Of a stretch of 64,000 bases of DNA, positions 38,751 to 53,089 are shown piece after piece (position 1 is the first letter of the stretch; each line of letters begins with the position of its first letter). This DNA is from Sphyrna mokarran (lineage: Eukaryota), in the NCBI GenBank assembly GCA_024679065.1, contig JAGIQG010000009.1:100812001-100876000 (forward strand), given 5' to 3'. A program made the translations under genes and the position numbers. Under the pieces are notes generated by a model. That model did not search any database. It saw only the letters and a program-made list of their open reading frames with translations, and was not told where the DNA came from.

Positions 38751-40369
38751 GTATAGAAGGCTGAACTAAAAGGAAGTTGGCAGGGTATTGATAAAATAAG
38801 TAATTTGATAGATGTCTCAAGTGGATAAAATTATTAATCGGGCGATTGCTAGTAACACGAGTGCACACGAGGACGTAAATGATTTGTATGGTCCGAGGTG
38901 GATGCAAAATTCGAAAAAATAATAAATATGTGAAGGTAGGAGGTGAAGTTAGCAACTGAGAGGCGTCGCAAGTTGGTGGTTGGCGTTTGGGCGATGAAGT
39001 AGAACTGTGCGTGAATTATTCGGGCTTAGAATACAATGTTTTGGATGGGTAATGTGCTATTGATAACTGGTGACAGGATTATGCAGAAATGTCGTTGTTT
39101 TGGGAAGATTTGGAGACGACCTGATAGCATAACTCTGCAATTAATTGATTAAATCTGGATAGTTTGCAAGAACTCTTTAAGTCAGTATTTTTAAAGATAA
39201 TAAGACAATTAATAGTAGACTGGTTCTTCACAGATTGACACAATGATTTCAGTTCAGACCATCGTGCTGAAAAGCAAACTCAAATAATCAGAAGCACGAT
39301 ACGTGGTCTATGAGTTCTAATCTGAGAGTTATTTTTTCTCTCAGCATAGATGGCCTTACATGTAGCTGATATGAAAAATATGCCCGTCTTATTTCCCTTT
39401 AGATTCTGATGAACCTGCTTGTTTTTTTTTTCTTTTTTTTTCAACATCTGAAGAATTACTTCTACGAGCACCTAATCGTTGGCAACAGTTCTGCAAGACT
39501 ATCACTTGATACCCGACGTTCACTCTCTATCATTATCCCAATGCTCACTGATCAATTGAGTATTTTTTCAGCATGTGCTCCTCTTAAAACTGGACATGTG
39601 TGTCGCAGTCAACATTTCCGTTACATTAGAATGTGAGACGACTTCTCTGTTCTTTCAACTGTCCATGTCCATGAAGGTAGCTCCAAATGAATGCACAAAT
39701 ATTATTGGCGCTTGACACAGCAGGTGTTATGGTATTCTTTTCTCAGCCACTCTTAGCATTCCCATAGCACAACTTCTGCAATTTACATGGCAGCAGTATT
39801 TAGATTTTTTTAAAAAAACTCCTTTTCCACTGTGCTAAGATCTGCTTCCCAAGGAATATTGGCCAAAAGGAAAAACAAGCATTCTAATATATTCATGGGT
39901 ATTCGTTGCTATGTCGCTTGTGTAAACAATTCTGGGTAGAGATTTCCACAGTTATACAAGCCATCTTATCAGCAAACATTCACAGGCCTAAAATGTTACA
40001 TTTGCAGCAATTAATAAGTCTGCAAGTGAGTTTTATGAAAACAACGATCATAACAACAAATTATGCCAATTTACATCGAAACGGCAATGGTTATGAATGA
40101 AGGGTATGGCTCGTACTCAAAGAACAAAAGTGATAGATTATTAAGAATTGCAATAGTAACATGGGAAATGAAAGAACATGTACGAAACTTGCGGATACGA
40201 GGAGACAGGTTAACATCAGACGAGATTTTTCACTGTGTAACTATGTAAAATTAATACTGCAATCACAATACTGAGAATAGTATCAACAACTCTTGATGAA
40301 AATGGGAAAATGAATTTTACACTTTTATTACGTAAATGCGTTAGCGATATGACAAATTTTGGTTAATGT

Positions 40370-40810
40370 TTGATTTATTTGATTTGATTTGGTTTATTAT
40401 TGTCACATGATTTAGCATACAATGAAAAGTATTACTTCTTGAGCGTTGTACATACAGACGATACCGTTCATGGAAAAGGACACGAGGCAATGCAAAATGC
40501 GTGTGCATTCATAGCTAGTGTGCAGAGAAAGATTAACTAAATGCAAGATAGGTCCATTCAAAAGTCTAAAGGTGGCAGATAAATAACTGTGCTTGAATCG
40601 GTTGGTACGTGACCTCAGACTTCTGTATTTATCCAGGGAAGAGAGTGGAAGAGAGATTTTCCGGGGTGTGAGGTGTGCGTAATTATGCTGCTTTGCTGAG
40701 GCAGCAGGAATAATAGACAGAGTCAATGGATAGGAGGCTGGATTACGTGATGGACTGGGCTACATGCATGACATTTTCCCGTTTTCTGAAGTCTTGGGCA
40801 GAGCAGGAAC
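40370..40810 (-). mobile_element. Rex1/Babar-type LINE 3' end
   Basis: KYRSLRSRTNRFKHSYLSATFRLLNGP and a (tttga)n tail with tttattattgtcacat. Confidence 0.85.
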
Positions 40811-41709
40811 TACAAAATATTATTTGACTCGTGTCTGACGTTGATGGTTGTTCCAGAATGCATTGAAATCATCTGCTACGTGTAATTAAGATAATTATAT
40901 AATCAGATGATTAAATGTGGATAATACGTTCACGTGTACATAAAAGTCAGACTCGTTGTGCAGCATTTATAACTTATTAAATTCGTAATTCAAAATAGTC
41001 ATATCTGATTTTCAGCATTCGGTGTGCAAATGATTCGTAATACATATAATGAGCCAAAACAATACATCAGGGTGTAAAATGGTGCAATTATAGATTTCTA
41101 ATTTCGCCTTAACGGATTGTCTGATAATCTAAATGAAATCCGTTGTCTGCGATTGATGAACATGGAGAGATCAATGCAAGACTATAATTGTTGCAACGTT
41201 CAAAGGCGAATATTTCAAACAACAATTTTATGTATATATTTGCGTATCTATATGCGAAGTTCGAATGTACTTGATGAAAAAAAAAACGACATTTATATGA
41301 TTCTGGCTTCATTTGGTCTTTGCCATTCACGGAAGAAAATTGTTGAATCATGTATGTCTTCCTTTTGGTTTTGTACAATTGTGGAATTGGTCTAGTTGAA
41401 CCAAACCCGCCTGCGGGAAAACTGACGGGATTTGTGCAGTGCGACTAATCTGATTAGATAAAGATATCTAATTTTACTCTGGGATGACTTTCTATAGAAA
41501 ACAAACAAACAAAAAGTGTTTCTGACAATTAAATTTGCTTTCCTGGCTGTAAGTTAATTCCAAGACCCTGCTGTATGATACATGACAAGCATTTCTAAGG
41601 AGGCAGTTTACAAAATACTCCTACCCAATCTTACTGGGCTAAATTCAATTCCTCCATTACAGTAGACAATGAAACGCTGCCGACTACCTAACGGTGTCTG
41701 TGGGTATAC

Positions 41710-41892
41710 CCATATTGTTGACCACTACATTTTGCATATTGCGTTCTATGCCAATGGTGATATCCTCTTTAACATTTACAAATAACTCATTATATAACGA
41801 CTGGCTCAACGTCACTAACGTTGGAACATCAACACTAAACAAAGGAAATCCATTTCCGCGAGGAATTCTAATGCATTTTTGCATCACTTCGA
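41710..41892 (-). pseudogene. Exon, ~183 nt, open (EVMQKCIRIPRGNGFPLFSVDVPTLVTLSQSLYNELF...NNM)
   Basis: ORF 41684-41887; plausible phase 1-1 boundaries, both splice sites weak. Confidence 0.55.
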
Positions 41893-44800
41893 CTTGAAAT
41901 TAAGCCTGATCACATTAATTTGGATAATACGAATAACACACAGGTCAAAAGAGTCAGTTCACATAGCCACTGTGGTAGATACCAGATAATGTTAACTGTA
42001 CAAGCAGCATCACCAAGGAAAGAAAGATTATACACATACTCCCTGTTTTCTTCATTACCCTTCATGAATGATATCCAACAGGTACAGTCAGCGATGTCAG
42101 TTTTGTTTGAGGCAACGACCCTGTTCGAATATTTTCGATGCCTTATTTTATATCACTTCAGGGATAATCAACATCAAAACATTTTCAATCATGCAATTTG
42201 TTCAATCGCGTGGATTCGAAAAATTCAAACTATTCATTTAATGGGACATTAAATCCACTGACAATAAAAATTGCATTTGTATCTTAGGGGCATACTTAGC
42301 AACTCTCCTTACTTTCAATTTAAAATTCTCCATCCTCTTAAAAGGAACTTATCACATATAGTTTGCACATGACGGTAATAACGTTTTAGGTTGCCATTGA
42401 AGATTGTCAGTCATAGATTTATTTTAACAAACATAGATGATTGTGTTAATATATTTTTCATATTTATTGAGTTCGAGATCTACTTTCGAACAATGGAAGA
42501 ATCAAGAACGACGTTGTCTGTAATATAAAAAATAGTAAAATTAGTAAAATGAAATGTACAGTTATATACAGATTGTTGAATTAGATTATCAATTATATTA
42601 AATTATTGTAATTTACAATTTAATGAACTTTTTCACTGCAATGTTCATATGTTTCTAACTTTTTTTGTGGCATATAGTCAAGTCAACTGACTCTCTGAGA
42701 GACATGGTAGCTTGAACTATGCTAGGGTTCTCCACCAGCTTGGTCCACAACTCAATTGGATCATTGCTGATGATTTAACCTAACAAAATGTTCAGATGGA
42801 AGATGACAGCTTTCTTCACCCATAATCACAAATCCTTTCCGAGGTCAGAAAGGATAACCCATAGTATGTTCCAATTCATGTGGTGTCCATGGGGGATTTA
42901 AGGGCGGAGAAAAACAGGGGTTGAGGGTTGAAGGAGGCATAAGATTGTAGGCAGTATCTCCTCATCACTTTATTATTGACTATCTTGAAACCCATCATCT
43001 ACTGTTTTCAACCTATTGAGTGGCTGACTACAGCACTCTGTGATAAGCAAATACAAATGGCTAAATATACTGAATAAATAGTTTCTTCTCGGCTCAGTTT
43101 TAAATTCTTGTAATTCGGAGATAACATGCCATGACTCAAGACTTCCAGTTAAGAGAAACATCTGCCTGGATCTACCATCTTGAATGTTGTTTCGTTAGAA
43201 TAATCCTCTATTCTTTTAAAAGCTGCGGAATGGGGGTTCAGTCAGACTACATGTTTTTTTGGACAATAAATATAGTGCAATTAGTAAAGGTCTTGTAATG
43301 CTCCTGCCAGTCCTAATTGACACGCCCTATTTATTTTCATCATGCGTCAAAGGTCGAGAGCACTTTTCTACATGTTTTCTCGAAACAGCTCAATCCAAGT
43401 GTAGTGCATGCTAACCTACATTCGCAAACGATCTTTCTGTAAAGCTGACATATTTCATATATTTCAATTACTGTTGTGCCTTTTTTGCCTAAATTTCAGT
43501 GACTCAGGAGCTTGAAAACCCAGGTCCCTTTTGGCATCAGCACTTGCCAGTTGCTCTCTACTTCATCGCTTACAAGGCACTGAGGAAAACTGTATAAAAA
43601 TCCATCTACTAAATAAAACATGCTTCTGCTAACCAACAAAGGTCAGCTTGAGTGAGCACAGATTCCCCAAAACGTTTCATTCCAAAATTTAGTGAGTAAT
43701 ATTATTCAGCAGGTTCAGCAATTTGGCAGTTTTTGCGATCAAAAACATGGCTGAAAAAGGGAAGCGAGGGATACCAAGTCAAGATGATTGTGGTCTGGAG
43801 ATAATATAAAATCAAACCAGCGCGGAGACTATAATCTGAAGCAAAAACAAAATATTAATAACAGTTCTGACAACGTTATTTTTTTCCCCAGACGCGAAAT
43901 GTTGGACCTTCTTTTTCTTCTCTCACTGCAAAACTCTCAGACTAACTGAGGTCTTCCTCTATTTAATGCTTATGTTTCTGGAGATAACTTACAGGTTAGA
44001 ATATAAGTGATTGGTGACTTTTCATGCGTTCTCTTTTTTGAATACTCTTAAAATTGAAGCATGCTAGAATATTTTGATTAATTATCTAATTGCAAATAAT
44101 TTAAAGTTGCGCATGGAGGGTCAGAAGTGTTTCTTTGATGAATCACCCATTGGTAGCATTTACAGAAGCAAGATGGTCCTTCGTGCTATATACATATGTA
44201 ATGTTGTGAATAAGATGTTCTTGTGTTTGGACGTGTAGAGCAGGTTCGTTAAGAATTCTATAGTTTAGAAATGTAAATGTAAGTATTTTTTTGTTTACTT
44301 ATGGGATGCGTTTGTCACTGTCATGGTCGGTATTTATTATTTATTGCCCATTTCTCACTGCCTTTAATTTCAGAGGGTGTTTGAGAATCAAGGTCACTGT
44401 TATGGACCAGGGCGGTTCTGAAGTTCAGGTTTATAAAGTAGTAAGAAACATTAAGCATTGCAAAACTTTCTGTTTAAAACGTTGGGTGTTTTTATTTCTG
44501 TACTGGAGAGTTATAGGCGCATCCGGTAGAGACAGAAATAATGTATCAAGGGTGAAAACAACAGGGTTACTTTGATAACTTTCCTTAGACATTTGATGAG
44601 AACATGCTTTAGAATTTTAACCAAGCTCTTCGAAATAGTCATTTTGATGATGACAGCCTATCAGACGTGAATTTGATGTTTTGATAACCTATAAACCAAT
44701 CATATTGTGCGAGTTTTGTCATGTCATCAGTAGTCTAAAAGCAACTACAAGCTCCAAAGTGCCAGATGATGACTTCCTGCCATCGAGTGCCACAGATCAC

Positions 44801-45369
44801 TGAACTGACAGCTATGAAGAAACTCTCACAGACAGTAACTTTCTGCCAGTGTAGCAGCCACCTGTTACCTTGAATAACCCTCGTCTCAATCGTGTAGATA
44901 GCAAAAGAATCAGAGAGGAATAGAACATAGAAAAAGTTAGCAAAGTCAGGAAGAAGAAGACGACAACCCTGATTGCATTTTGACTGTGGCAACTGTAAAT
45001 ATTGGAACAACATTCCATTAGAACAGTATTTATTAAGCTTGATAATGATTTAGTTACTCAGTTTACCGTTAGTTAGAATAAATAGGTACCAACAAATTGT
45101 TGGTTTTTTGTTCGATTTGACCACAAAAAGCTGTTGAGTTGCAGACAATCCACCTTCTCACAAACTCCTTGCAGATTGTGAAGGGATACATATCTCTTTG
45201 AGTGGCTGAGTGTTAGTACTCAGAGAGGATCAACCGAAAGAATAAAAAAATGTATTAGTCTCAAGTGAGGCTTATGTTAACACTGGAATTTATTTACTGT
45301 GAAATTTCCCTAGTCCCTACAGGCCGGCACCTGTTTGTGCCAATGCAGATGACGAGAACGCATTCTGAA

Positions 45370-45505
45370 TGTGTGAAGAAACCCACACAGTCACGGGGAG
45401 AACATGTAATCTTCGCATAGATAAAGACCCAAGCCAGGAATGGTCTCGGGTCCCTGGCGCTATGAAACAGTAATACCAACCATTCTGTTAGCATACTGCC
45501 CTCTC
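45370..45505 (-). mobile_element. V-SINE 5' half
   Basis: gaaacccacacagtcacggggagaacatgtaatctt...cgggtccctggcgctatga. Confidence 0.75.
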
Positions 45506-45519
45506 CACTTCATAGTATA

Positions 45520-45760
45520 CGTCACATGTAGTTCAGAACAAGTAAGATTGATTGAATTCATTTCCTAAAGGACATTATTGAACCAGATTTAGTTTCAGAA
45601 CAATTGATTATAGTTTTAGGGAGATCATTAGAATGTTAATTTTCTGATTGTCTTTTTCAATACAAATGGTGTGATTGAATCGAGGTCCCCTGATCTTTCC
45701 AGGGATCTCTTGATTAGTAATGACAATAACAGTGAAAATACCACTTTGTCACTGCCTTAC
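45520..45760 (-). mobile_element. tRNA-derived Deu-SINE/SacSINE-like fragment
   Basis: ttcctaaaggacattattgaaccagat...gattgaatcgaggtcccc; homologous to 49030-49275. Confidence 0.6.
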
Positions 45761-45995
45761 CGTATAGGAAAGCATACGATTTTTGGCGGACGGGCCAGGT
45801 TAGCTGCGAAGGTGGTTTTGGCTTCGTGGATGAATCAAGAAGCAAAGTAGCAAAGTTTAAAGCAAAACGAAAAAACTGTCTAATTTAATATTGAGAGATG
45901 AAAGTTTCCCTTCTCGTAGAAAATCGGTGGTTTTTGAAAATGTTTTCCGAAATAAGTCATGAATGTTGTGTTTTAGAAGTCCTTTTGGGCATTAC

Positions 45996-46079
45996 CTAAA
46001 TGCTCTGGAGCTCAGTTTAAAACGCAGGGATCTGGACTGTTCCTTTGGATGTAGAAGACATAACAATCTCCACAGGTGT
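45996..46079 (-). pseudogene. Exon, 84 nt, open (HLWRLLCLLHPKEQSRSLRFKLSSRAF), phase 2-2; acceptor reads AA
   Basis: tatttttttctctgtgtcaa|...ttag|gtaatg; phase fits the 48564 exon. Confidence 0.55.
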
Positions 46080-48563
46080 TTGACACAGAGAAAAAAAATA
46101 TAAAACATATCCCATTTGGATGCTAATATATACATAATACTTTAATATTGTTGAATCGGTAAATATCCGACTCCCTCTGATTATTTTCGTAGCATGCACA
46201 CGCATGATTGCAGCCTGTGTGTGTGACGATTTGTAAGAAAAAAAGTTAATGTCACAGCAATTACTCAGTGCAGTATATTGTTCGTACTTCTACTGAAAAT
46301 ATTTAGTCAGTAAAATTCTAATGTTCCTCTACTTGCAATCAGTTGAACATCCCTTAGTTATCCTCAATCTCTGTAGTTTTCGCTAAAGAACGCAGCATGA
46401 ACTAAAAAAAAAAGCTTATTTCAAAACCTGAAGTCGAACTAGAGAAGTGCAGATGCCAACAGAAGCAGACGTGTCCACATGCGTATGACTTGACTCATGC
46501 AGATTCTAACTCTCGTGTTGACACGCCAAATGTAAAGTAATTATTTTTGAAAGAAAACAATTTACCAGCGCTTTGGTCCCGTTCCTCTGTCGGTGCAAAA
46601 TAGAACAGTTAAATCAACTGCTGCCTCTATATCGCAACTCTATATCTATGAGAAAAAATATGCAGGACACCCATTCCAATTGTTTCAAAAGCTCGTTTTA
46701 CTTACAAAAATGTCTGTAGAGAAGACAAATAAAAAAACTTTCAAGTCTCACACGCTAATGTCTGTAATCCACTGGTGTATTCTCCCATTGTTTGCATCAA
46801 ATTATGAGACTGACCAGAGCCACTTTCAAGATGTATTTATCTAAAATGGATTTTTTTCAGTTGATGTTGACATTAGCGCTTTTAATAATCGCAAGGGTGC
46901 GTAGGTTTTGAGGATATGTGTTTGAAAGCTGTGGACGAGTGGCTGATAAAATGTTTTCTTTTTAGAGAGCAGGCACCAGTTTAATGGGCCGAATGCCTAC
47001 ACTTCGGCACTATAAGCATTTCATGATTACATGAAAATATAAATCACAGGTGCTGCGAGGGTCTTATTTATTAAAGATGCAATTGATTGAATATTAAAAC
47101 AGCGAGGGCTAATTTAGCTGCTGTTGAAGGTAATAATTGTCAGGGAACTTACTGCCGATACCTGATGTGTTCCTTATGTTGAACAATGAACGTTTCAGTA
47201 TCTAATGAACAATCTCCGGCAATAAGTGGACTTCCACACTTTTCACGTGATAATGAAGAGTTTGAAGGTTGTTGCAAATTACAACTTTATTTCAGTGACG
47301 ATACTGTTTGACCATGACCTCCTGTAGTGACTTCGTGGCACTCAATTAACTGGCAACCAGATGCAAAGTTTTCTTTTTGACTACAAGCCACAATTCGTAC
47401 CAATAGAAAACAAAAAAAAATGCCTCAGATTCAAAGTGACAGCAGTCTTGTTTGGCTCTCTGCAATAAATTAATGACTTCTTAACAAATAATTGCAAGTT
47501 ATATTCAAATTGACATTTCCGAATAGTTTCGTTATTGTTAGACAATTATAGTAAATGGACTGATTTTTGTACATAAATCCATTGCACTGTATTTACTCTA
47601 TTGATATTAATATAGGCTATCTCACAGTGACCATTCATCAATTTACCAGTGTATTTGTTTGCTTCTTTTTGAAGTACTCTGTATCCCAATGAACTTAACG
47701 AAATCGGCCAATTTGGGTACTTAGATTGTAAGTGCTTCTCTCAGTCAAAAACAAGTATAATGGACGTTTTCACTGAAGTCCTCTCATGACATACATCTGC
47801 CATTTTTTCCCCTGTCTTCCTTACGTAAGGCTTCAGTCCGACATAACCACGCCTGACTAACAGCACTTCAACAATCGTGGAATAAGCAATTTAGTTACAT
47901 TTTACCGCAATTAACTATGTAGTAGCACAACCAATTTGATAACAGGGATTGCATATTAAGCTTTCGATCTGTTTTCTCACACAACATAGCTCCAGATAAA
48001 TGATTTGTCTACCATTTTCCCTGACGATACATCAGCAAGCAAATGCCGCCGTCGATTCTTTGTCAATATTTTCGGAAACATATTTTATCTATAACGAAAT
48101 CGATTTCCCAGAGGGCAAACAACGTTCAATTATTGGTCCCATGGCAATACTCTTAAATATGAATACATGAATTTGAACTATAATAATGACGCATGCGCGT
48201 AAACCTTACTCTCTGCATTTCAGTTCATGCACCAAAAACTATTTTTTTTCGGATAAATTTGAGGCCCTCGGTAAAATAGCTAACTGCCGAGGTCAATTAA
48301 TTAATAAATTTGGAATTGATAATTAGTTACAATAATGTTATCTTCTGAAACGTCCTCCTTTGTCGTACAACACATTCCATTTTATTAAAGACCTTTCATG
48401 AAATGTATTTCCCATTATTTTCTACGTCTTCTCTATGTAGATTCTCAGTCCCACATAACCGCTAACACAACACTTCAACAATGGCGGATTTAGCAACTTA
48501 GTTGCTTTAAACCACAAGATTTTAAAAATAAAGTGCAGCAAACTAGAGTTCAGCGAAACTTAC

Positions 48564-48835
48564 AATTTGACACTGAACTCTGCCAATCCTGCAGAATATT
48601 CCTTGTGTACGTGTGGTTTTGTCTCAAAATTTGGAAAGCTGTCCCATGTAAGATTCAAGCAGCAGACTGGTATAGTTCCTGTCAACAAATTCTATGTTAC
48701 TTAACTATTTGAAACATTGCCATCAGCATCGCTTGCTGTGCACTTTGCTACTGGCAAGGTAAGGCAGCATAGTATATATGGTCGGGAAGAATTTCCTTTG
48801 GCAAGCATCAACATTTACTCTGGATTCCAAAAACG
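48564..48835 (-). pseudogene. Exon, 272 nt, disrupted (LPKEILPDHIYYAALPCQ*QSAQQAMLMAMFQ / LLTGTIPVCCLNLTWDSFPNF...EYSAGLAEFSVK)
   Basis: tttttcgtctaattttattag acceptor, aatt|gtaagt donor; stops and one frameshift. Confidence 0.6.
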
Positions 48836-48929
48836 CTAATAAAATTAGACGAAAAAGTACACAAGAGGACATCCTTCTAATTGTTACGTACCCACCCAAA
48901 CTCTTCCATCGACCGCAGCTGAGGATTTC

Positions 48930-49280
48930 TTTTCTTTTCTCATTCATGAGGTATGGATGCCGCTGGTTAGCCAGCATGAATTATCCATTCTGAGTTGTCA
49001 AAAGGCAGTTGAGAGACAACGAGATTGCTATGGTTCTGGACTTGCACGTCGTTCAGACGAGCTAAGGATAGAAAATTTCCTTCCCAAAGGGCATGAGTGT
49101 ACCAAATCAGTTTTTCCGTCAATTGATAAAAGTTTCATAGTCATTAGTAATTCCTAATTCCAGACATTTTGCATTCAATTCAAATTCAGCGAACTGCAGT
49201 GGCGGGATTCGAACTCAGGTTCCTAAGACATTAGTTGAATTTCTGGATTAATTGTGGAGCAACGCTACTACTCGTTGATT
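48930..49280 (-). mobile_element. tRNA-derived Deu-SINE/SacSINE-like element
   Basis: gtggcgggattcgaactcagg (reverse B-box), central conserved block, L2-like tail. Confidence 0.7.
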
Positions 49281-51003
49281 GAGGCTGACACGGTCAGAGA
49301 ACGAAAGTTATGTGTAACGAATAAATACATAATATCAAATATGTATCAGCAATGCCACTACACAACAAGGTGACTGATTCCGGTATTCGGTTACTGCTTG
49401 ACTTTGCTTGTGCATGGTGCTGATGGAAGCTACAAAAGATAAAACGCTCCTTGAAAACTTCATCAGTAATTAAACTATCGCTGCTGAATGTACCAATGAT
49501 TCAAGTGCTGAAGTAAAAACCAAGCATCCGTTTCGAGAAAGTGTATTGTTTTCACATTCAATCGTCCCGTGATTGGGCTGGAAGGACAGGAGAAAGTACT
49601 AATTGCTGAGGTTTAGAGAAGATGTAACAATTTATTTCTGGTCATCTGCAGGGCATTAAAATCAGCAAAATTGTATTCAGCCATAATCTACAATGGAATG
49701 ACTCGAACATTAACCTGAAAAACTGGATTGATAGCGTTACAATGAAGACATCAAGTCGGTATTGTAGATGTAGCAGCATGCACAATTAATTGAGGTGTCA
49801 ACCTTGTTTATTTACAGGGCATGGCTGCTTGCATTCTGGGCAGTTGAAGCAGCTGGTGATCTACCTGCAGATGACCGATTTGGTTCAATATGTGTACTCC
49901 TGATTCATTCAATCGTGAGTAATGGTGAAAAATTTAATAACTTAAGAGAGAGAATAGACTAATCCCCAGAGTACTCCAAACATGGATGTTGGCCCAGTGT
50001 ATCAGACCAAATGACGAGGCAGAAACATTTTTTTTCAGACAGAATGGCCATAACCTCTATCTCGTTCTTGGTTTCCTAGCATCATCAACGCTCGTCTTCA
50101 GATAATTCAATGCAATTCGGGAGGAGATGGCTGAATCAAGCCCTGGCAACATTCTAGTAGTATGTAATGGCTGTCATACGTAAGGACAGTTCCCAAAGTG
50201 CTAGCCTGTCATTAGTTAGAATATTACTGGAGCAACAAATCACTGGAAGCAGGGCAACAATGAAAAGGGAAATAACCACCTGACCAGTCTATTGCCGATC
50301 ACAAGTATAGACATTACGTGTGCCATCGACTGAGTTATAAAGGAACGCTTAGAAGTTGATCATATAAAGACTGACGTCATAATTCACCAGCGCAACTCAG
50401 TTCCTCGCATAAGTTTAGCGTTTCTCCTAGTATTGTTCAACTGAAAGATGTGGGCTTTCATGGCTCATCGAACATCTGGCACAAATTCATGTTTTCCATT
50501 TCCCTTGAGCAAATGGTGATGAGCTGTTTTCTCCAAATAATGTTACACCTGTGGTACAGCTACAGTATCCCCACTGTTAGGACTTTCTTTTTTAAGTACA
50601 CTAATAATTACTTACTGATTTTTTCACGAAGCCGTCCAAGTTCTGGAAATGTGCGAAAATATATTGGAAATAAGAATTCCAAACTACATATGGGATGGCA
50701 TCGCACACGATTATCTCTGTGATATACCATGTAACAATGCACGAAAATAAATGATTATTTGGAGATAAACTATACATGTCAACAGCTTAAAAAAACGAAA
50801 AATGAAGGTGTTACTATGAGGATCGTATCAGTCCTTTCATCAGTTTATCATCTGATGCAACACTCATGAAGAAATTTAGGAGAGTTAAATGAATGTGATA
50901 GTGCCTTAGGGTTGTATGGTCTGGCGGAGAGCCACACTGCTCTGAGGCAGCAACAGGTATTATGACTATTTATTTTCATGATTCGTGCGAGTAGTAAATA
51001 TAC

Positions 51004-51095
51004 CTCCTTGTTGATGTGCATGAACCTGAAGTTGGGCATGAGCATGTCATGGTTCATGTGGAAACAACCAGATGTACAGATGTAAGAATGATATT
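51004..51095 (-). pseudogene. Probable exon, 92 nt (ISFLHLYIWLFPHEP*HAHAQLQVHAHQQG)
   Basis: ttgctttcag acceptor, ggag|gtatat donor; phase does not link directly to the next exon found. Confidence 0.4.
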
Positions 51096-52111
51096 CTGAA
51101 AGCAATTTCACAATTCTGGATGCAATTTTATAGGCAGAACCCAAAATTCAATTAACTATGGGCCACAGTCACAAATTACAATTATGGTTGACTCGTGGAG
51201 GTTTGGGGAATAATATTGTATTTTTTTAGCAGCGCATGTCAATCAACACATGAAACGTTTCCTGTCAGAGGCAGAAGTGTGTTGTAAAGATACAGTGAGG
51301 TAGCGCATTAGTGCTGAAGGAGGTGTGTGCGGTGGGGTAGGAAGCGGGCGGCGGGGACAGGGGAAGGACTAAGCAAAATCCCTGTGGAGTGATTATTAAA
51401 AGTCATCTTAAGAACGAAAGATTTTTCAACTCAATGTGACAGTGCAGATATATCAAAGCGAACCACATTTGGACGAAATGTGATGACTGAGTGAACGAGA
51501 ATATTGTATGCATGGATCAGAGCTAGGCAGACATGTTTCTTAAAAATATCCCAGTAGAAATAAATGGTTTAATTCCAATCTCTATTAGACATGGAAAAAA
51601 AAAAATGAAGTTTGAGCGATGCCTATTTACGTGCCAATGAAAGTTTGAAAGAAAACAAAAGAAAACAAAATAGAATAACCCGTGGAATAAGGCATGTAAT
51701 AAAATATAATGGAATGATTTTTATTTTCAAAAGAATCTTCCTTCATAGAATGAACAAAGACGAAGAATGAAAGGATAATGGAAACAGAAAATTACGATCT
51801 TGTGGGTCAATAAGAAAACGAAAATATACACGAGGATATGAGAATATAGATGTCCTGACATATTAATCATAATATTTCATACAATATATTTATTATTTTC
51901 CATAACGAATTACCCAAAAAGGAACGGTTTGCTGTGACATTTCAGAATGCATTTGGGAGTCAAGAGGCAAGAACAATGCATTTCACACTGTGGAGCACAA
52001 AAAAGTAGGATTTTCAATTTAAGGGCTAATGCTATTGAAAAAAGTATGCTGGAATATCGACAGAGATAGAGTAAAGACATAATATTAGAATCAGGGCATT
52101 GAATTTGGGAG

Positions 52112-52470
52112 ACATAGAATCTTTTCAGTGTAGACGGAGGTCATTTCGTCCATCAAGTCTGCTCTGACAGTCTAACAGAGTACCTTGCACAGGTCATCTT
52201 CCAGCCTTATGCACAGAAACCCACACATTTATCGTGACTAATCCATCTAATCTACACATCTGTGAACGCTAAGGGGCAATTTAGCCTGGTTTATCCAAAT
52301 AAGCTGCACATCTTTGGGCGGTGGGAGGAAACCAGAGAACCAGGAGGAAATTCATGCAGAGAGGGGGAGATGGGCAAGCTCAACACAGTCAGTCATCCAA
52401 GGCTGGAATTGAACTCGGGTCGTTAGTGCTATGAAGTATCAATGCTAACTATAGTGCCACTGTGTCATCC
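52112..52470 (-). mobile_element. HE1-like V-SINE, near full length
   Basis: gtgggaggaaaccagagaacc V-core, ggctggaattgaactcgggtc tRNA head, CR1-type tail. Confidence 0.85.
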
Positions 52471-52569
52471 AATCTGCAACAGCGGAGTGCTGCATTAATC
52501 AGAGTTACAACCTTTACATTTTGAACCAAACTTCACGACAGTGCCGCACGCCATGATTAATTTACGTAC

Positions 52570-52920
52570 TTTTGTTGTTAGTGCAAATTTAATCGTTAAT
52601 GCAGAGCATTAAGGGTGGAAAGAGAGAATGCATTCATGAATGAGAAACACGTTTGAACGGTGTAAAGTGCATAGAAATCCAAAGTAATTCAGTTCCGAAC
52701 ATGGGAAATAATTCATTCAGCATGGATTTTGAACATAATTTAACAGGAACTTCATTGTCTGCGGATTCAAACCATAAATATTTAAGCAAATCAGAAAGAA
52801 TACTAGATCCGACCAATAGACGTGGAATTACATCATTTATTTTAATTTCTGGCTTACTTGTTGTTGTAGTCACTTCAATGATGCACCAGATACCCAAAAT
52901 AATCTTACGTCATTTTGATT
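52570..52920 (-). pseudogene. Exon (GIWCIIEV...KINDVIPRLLVGSSILSDLLKYLWFESADNEVPVKL...); boundaries uncertain
   Basis: Protein-like ORF 52634-52897 in non-repeat sequence; possible donor aaaa|gtacgt. Confidence 0.5.
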
Positions 52921-53089
52921 ATTAAAATAAAACATTAATCGAAATGTTATGTGCCAGGTGTCAAGTAATTCATATCAAAGACACTGCATCAGGATATCGT
53001 GATTCTTTTTCCTCTGACATGTAATCCAAAGGCGTCAAGATGCATTGGAAATTGTAATATGTAAAGATCGATTATCTTTCGTTGTCTTT

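Noticed and set aside
39280-39471. Exon candidate
   Set aside because: Upstream sequence is purine-rich, so there is no plausible acceptor.
47290-47320. Short similarity to 57750-57775 (cagtgacgatac.gtttt)
   Set aside because: Too short to distinguish from chance.
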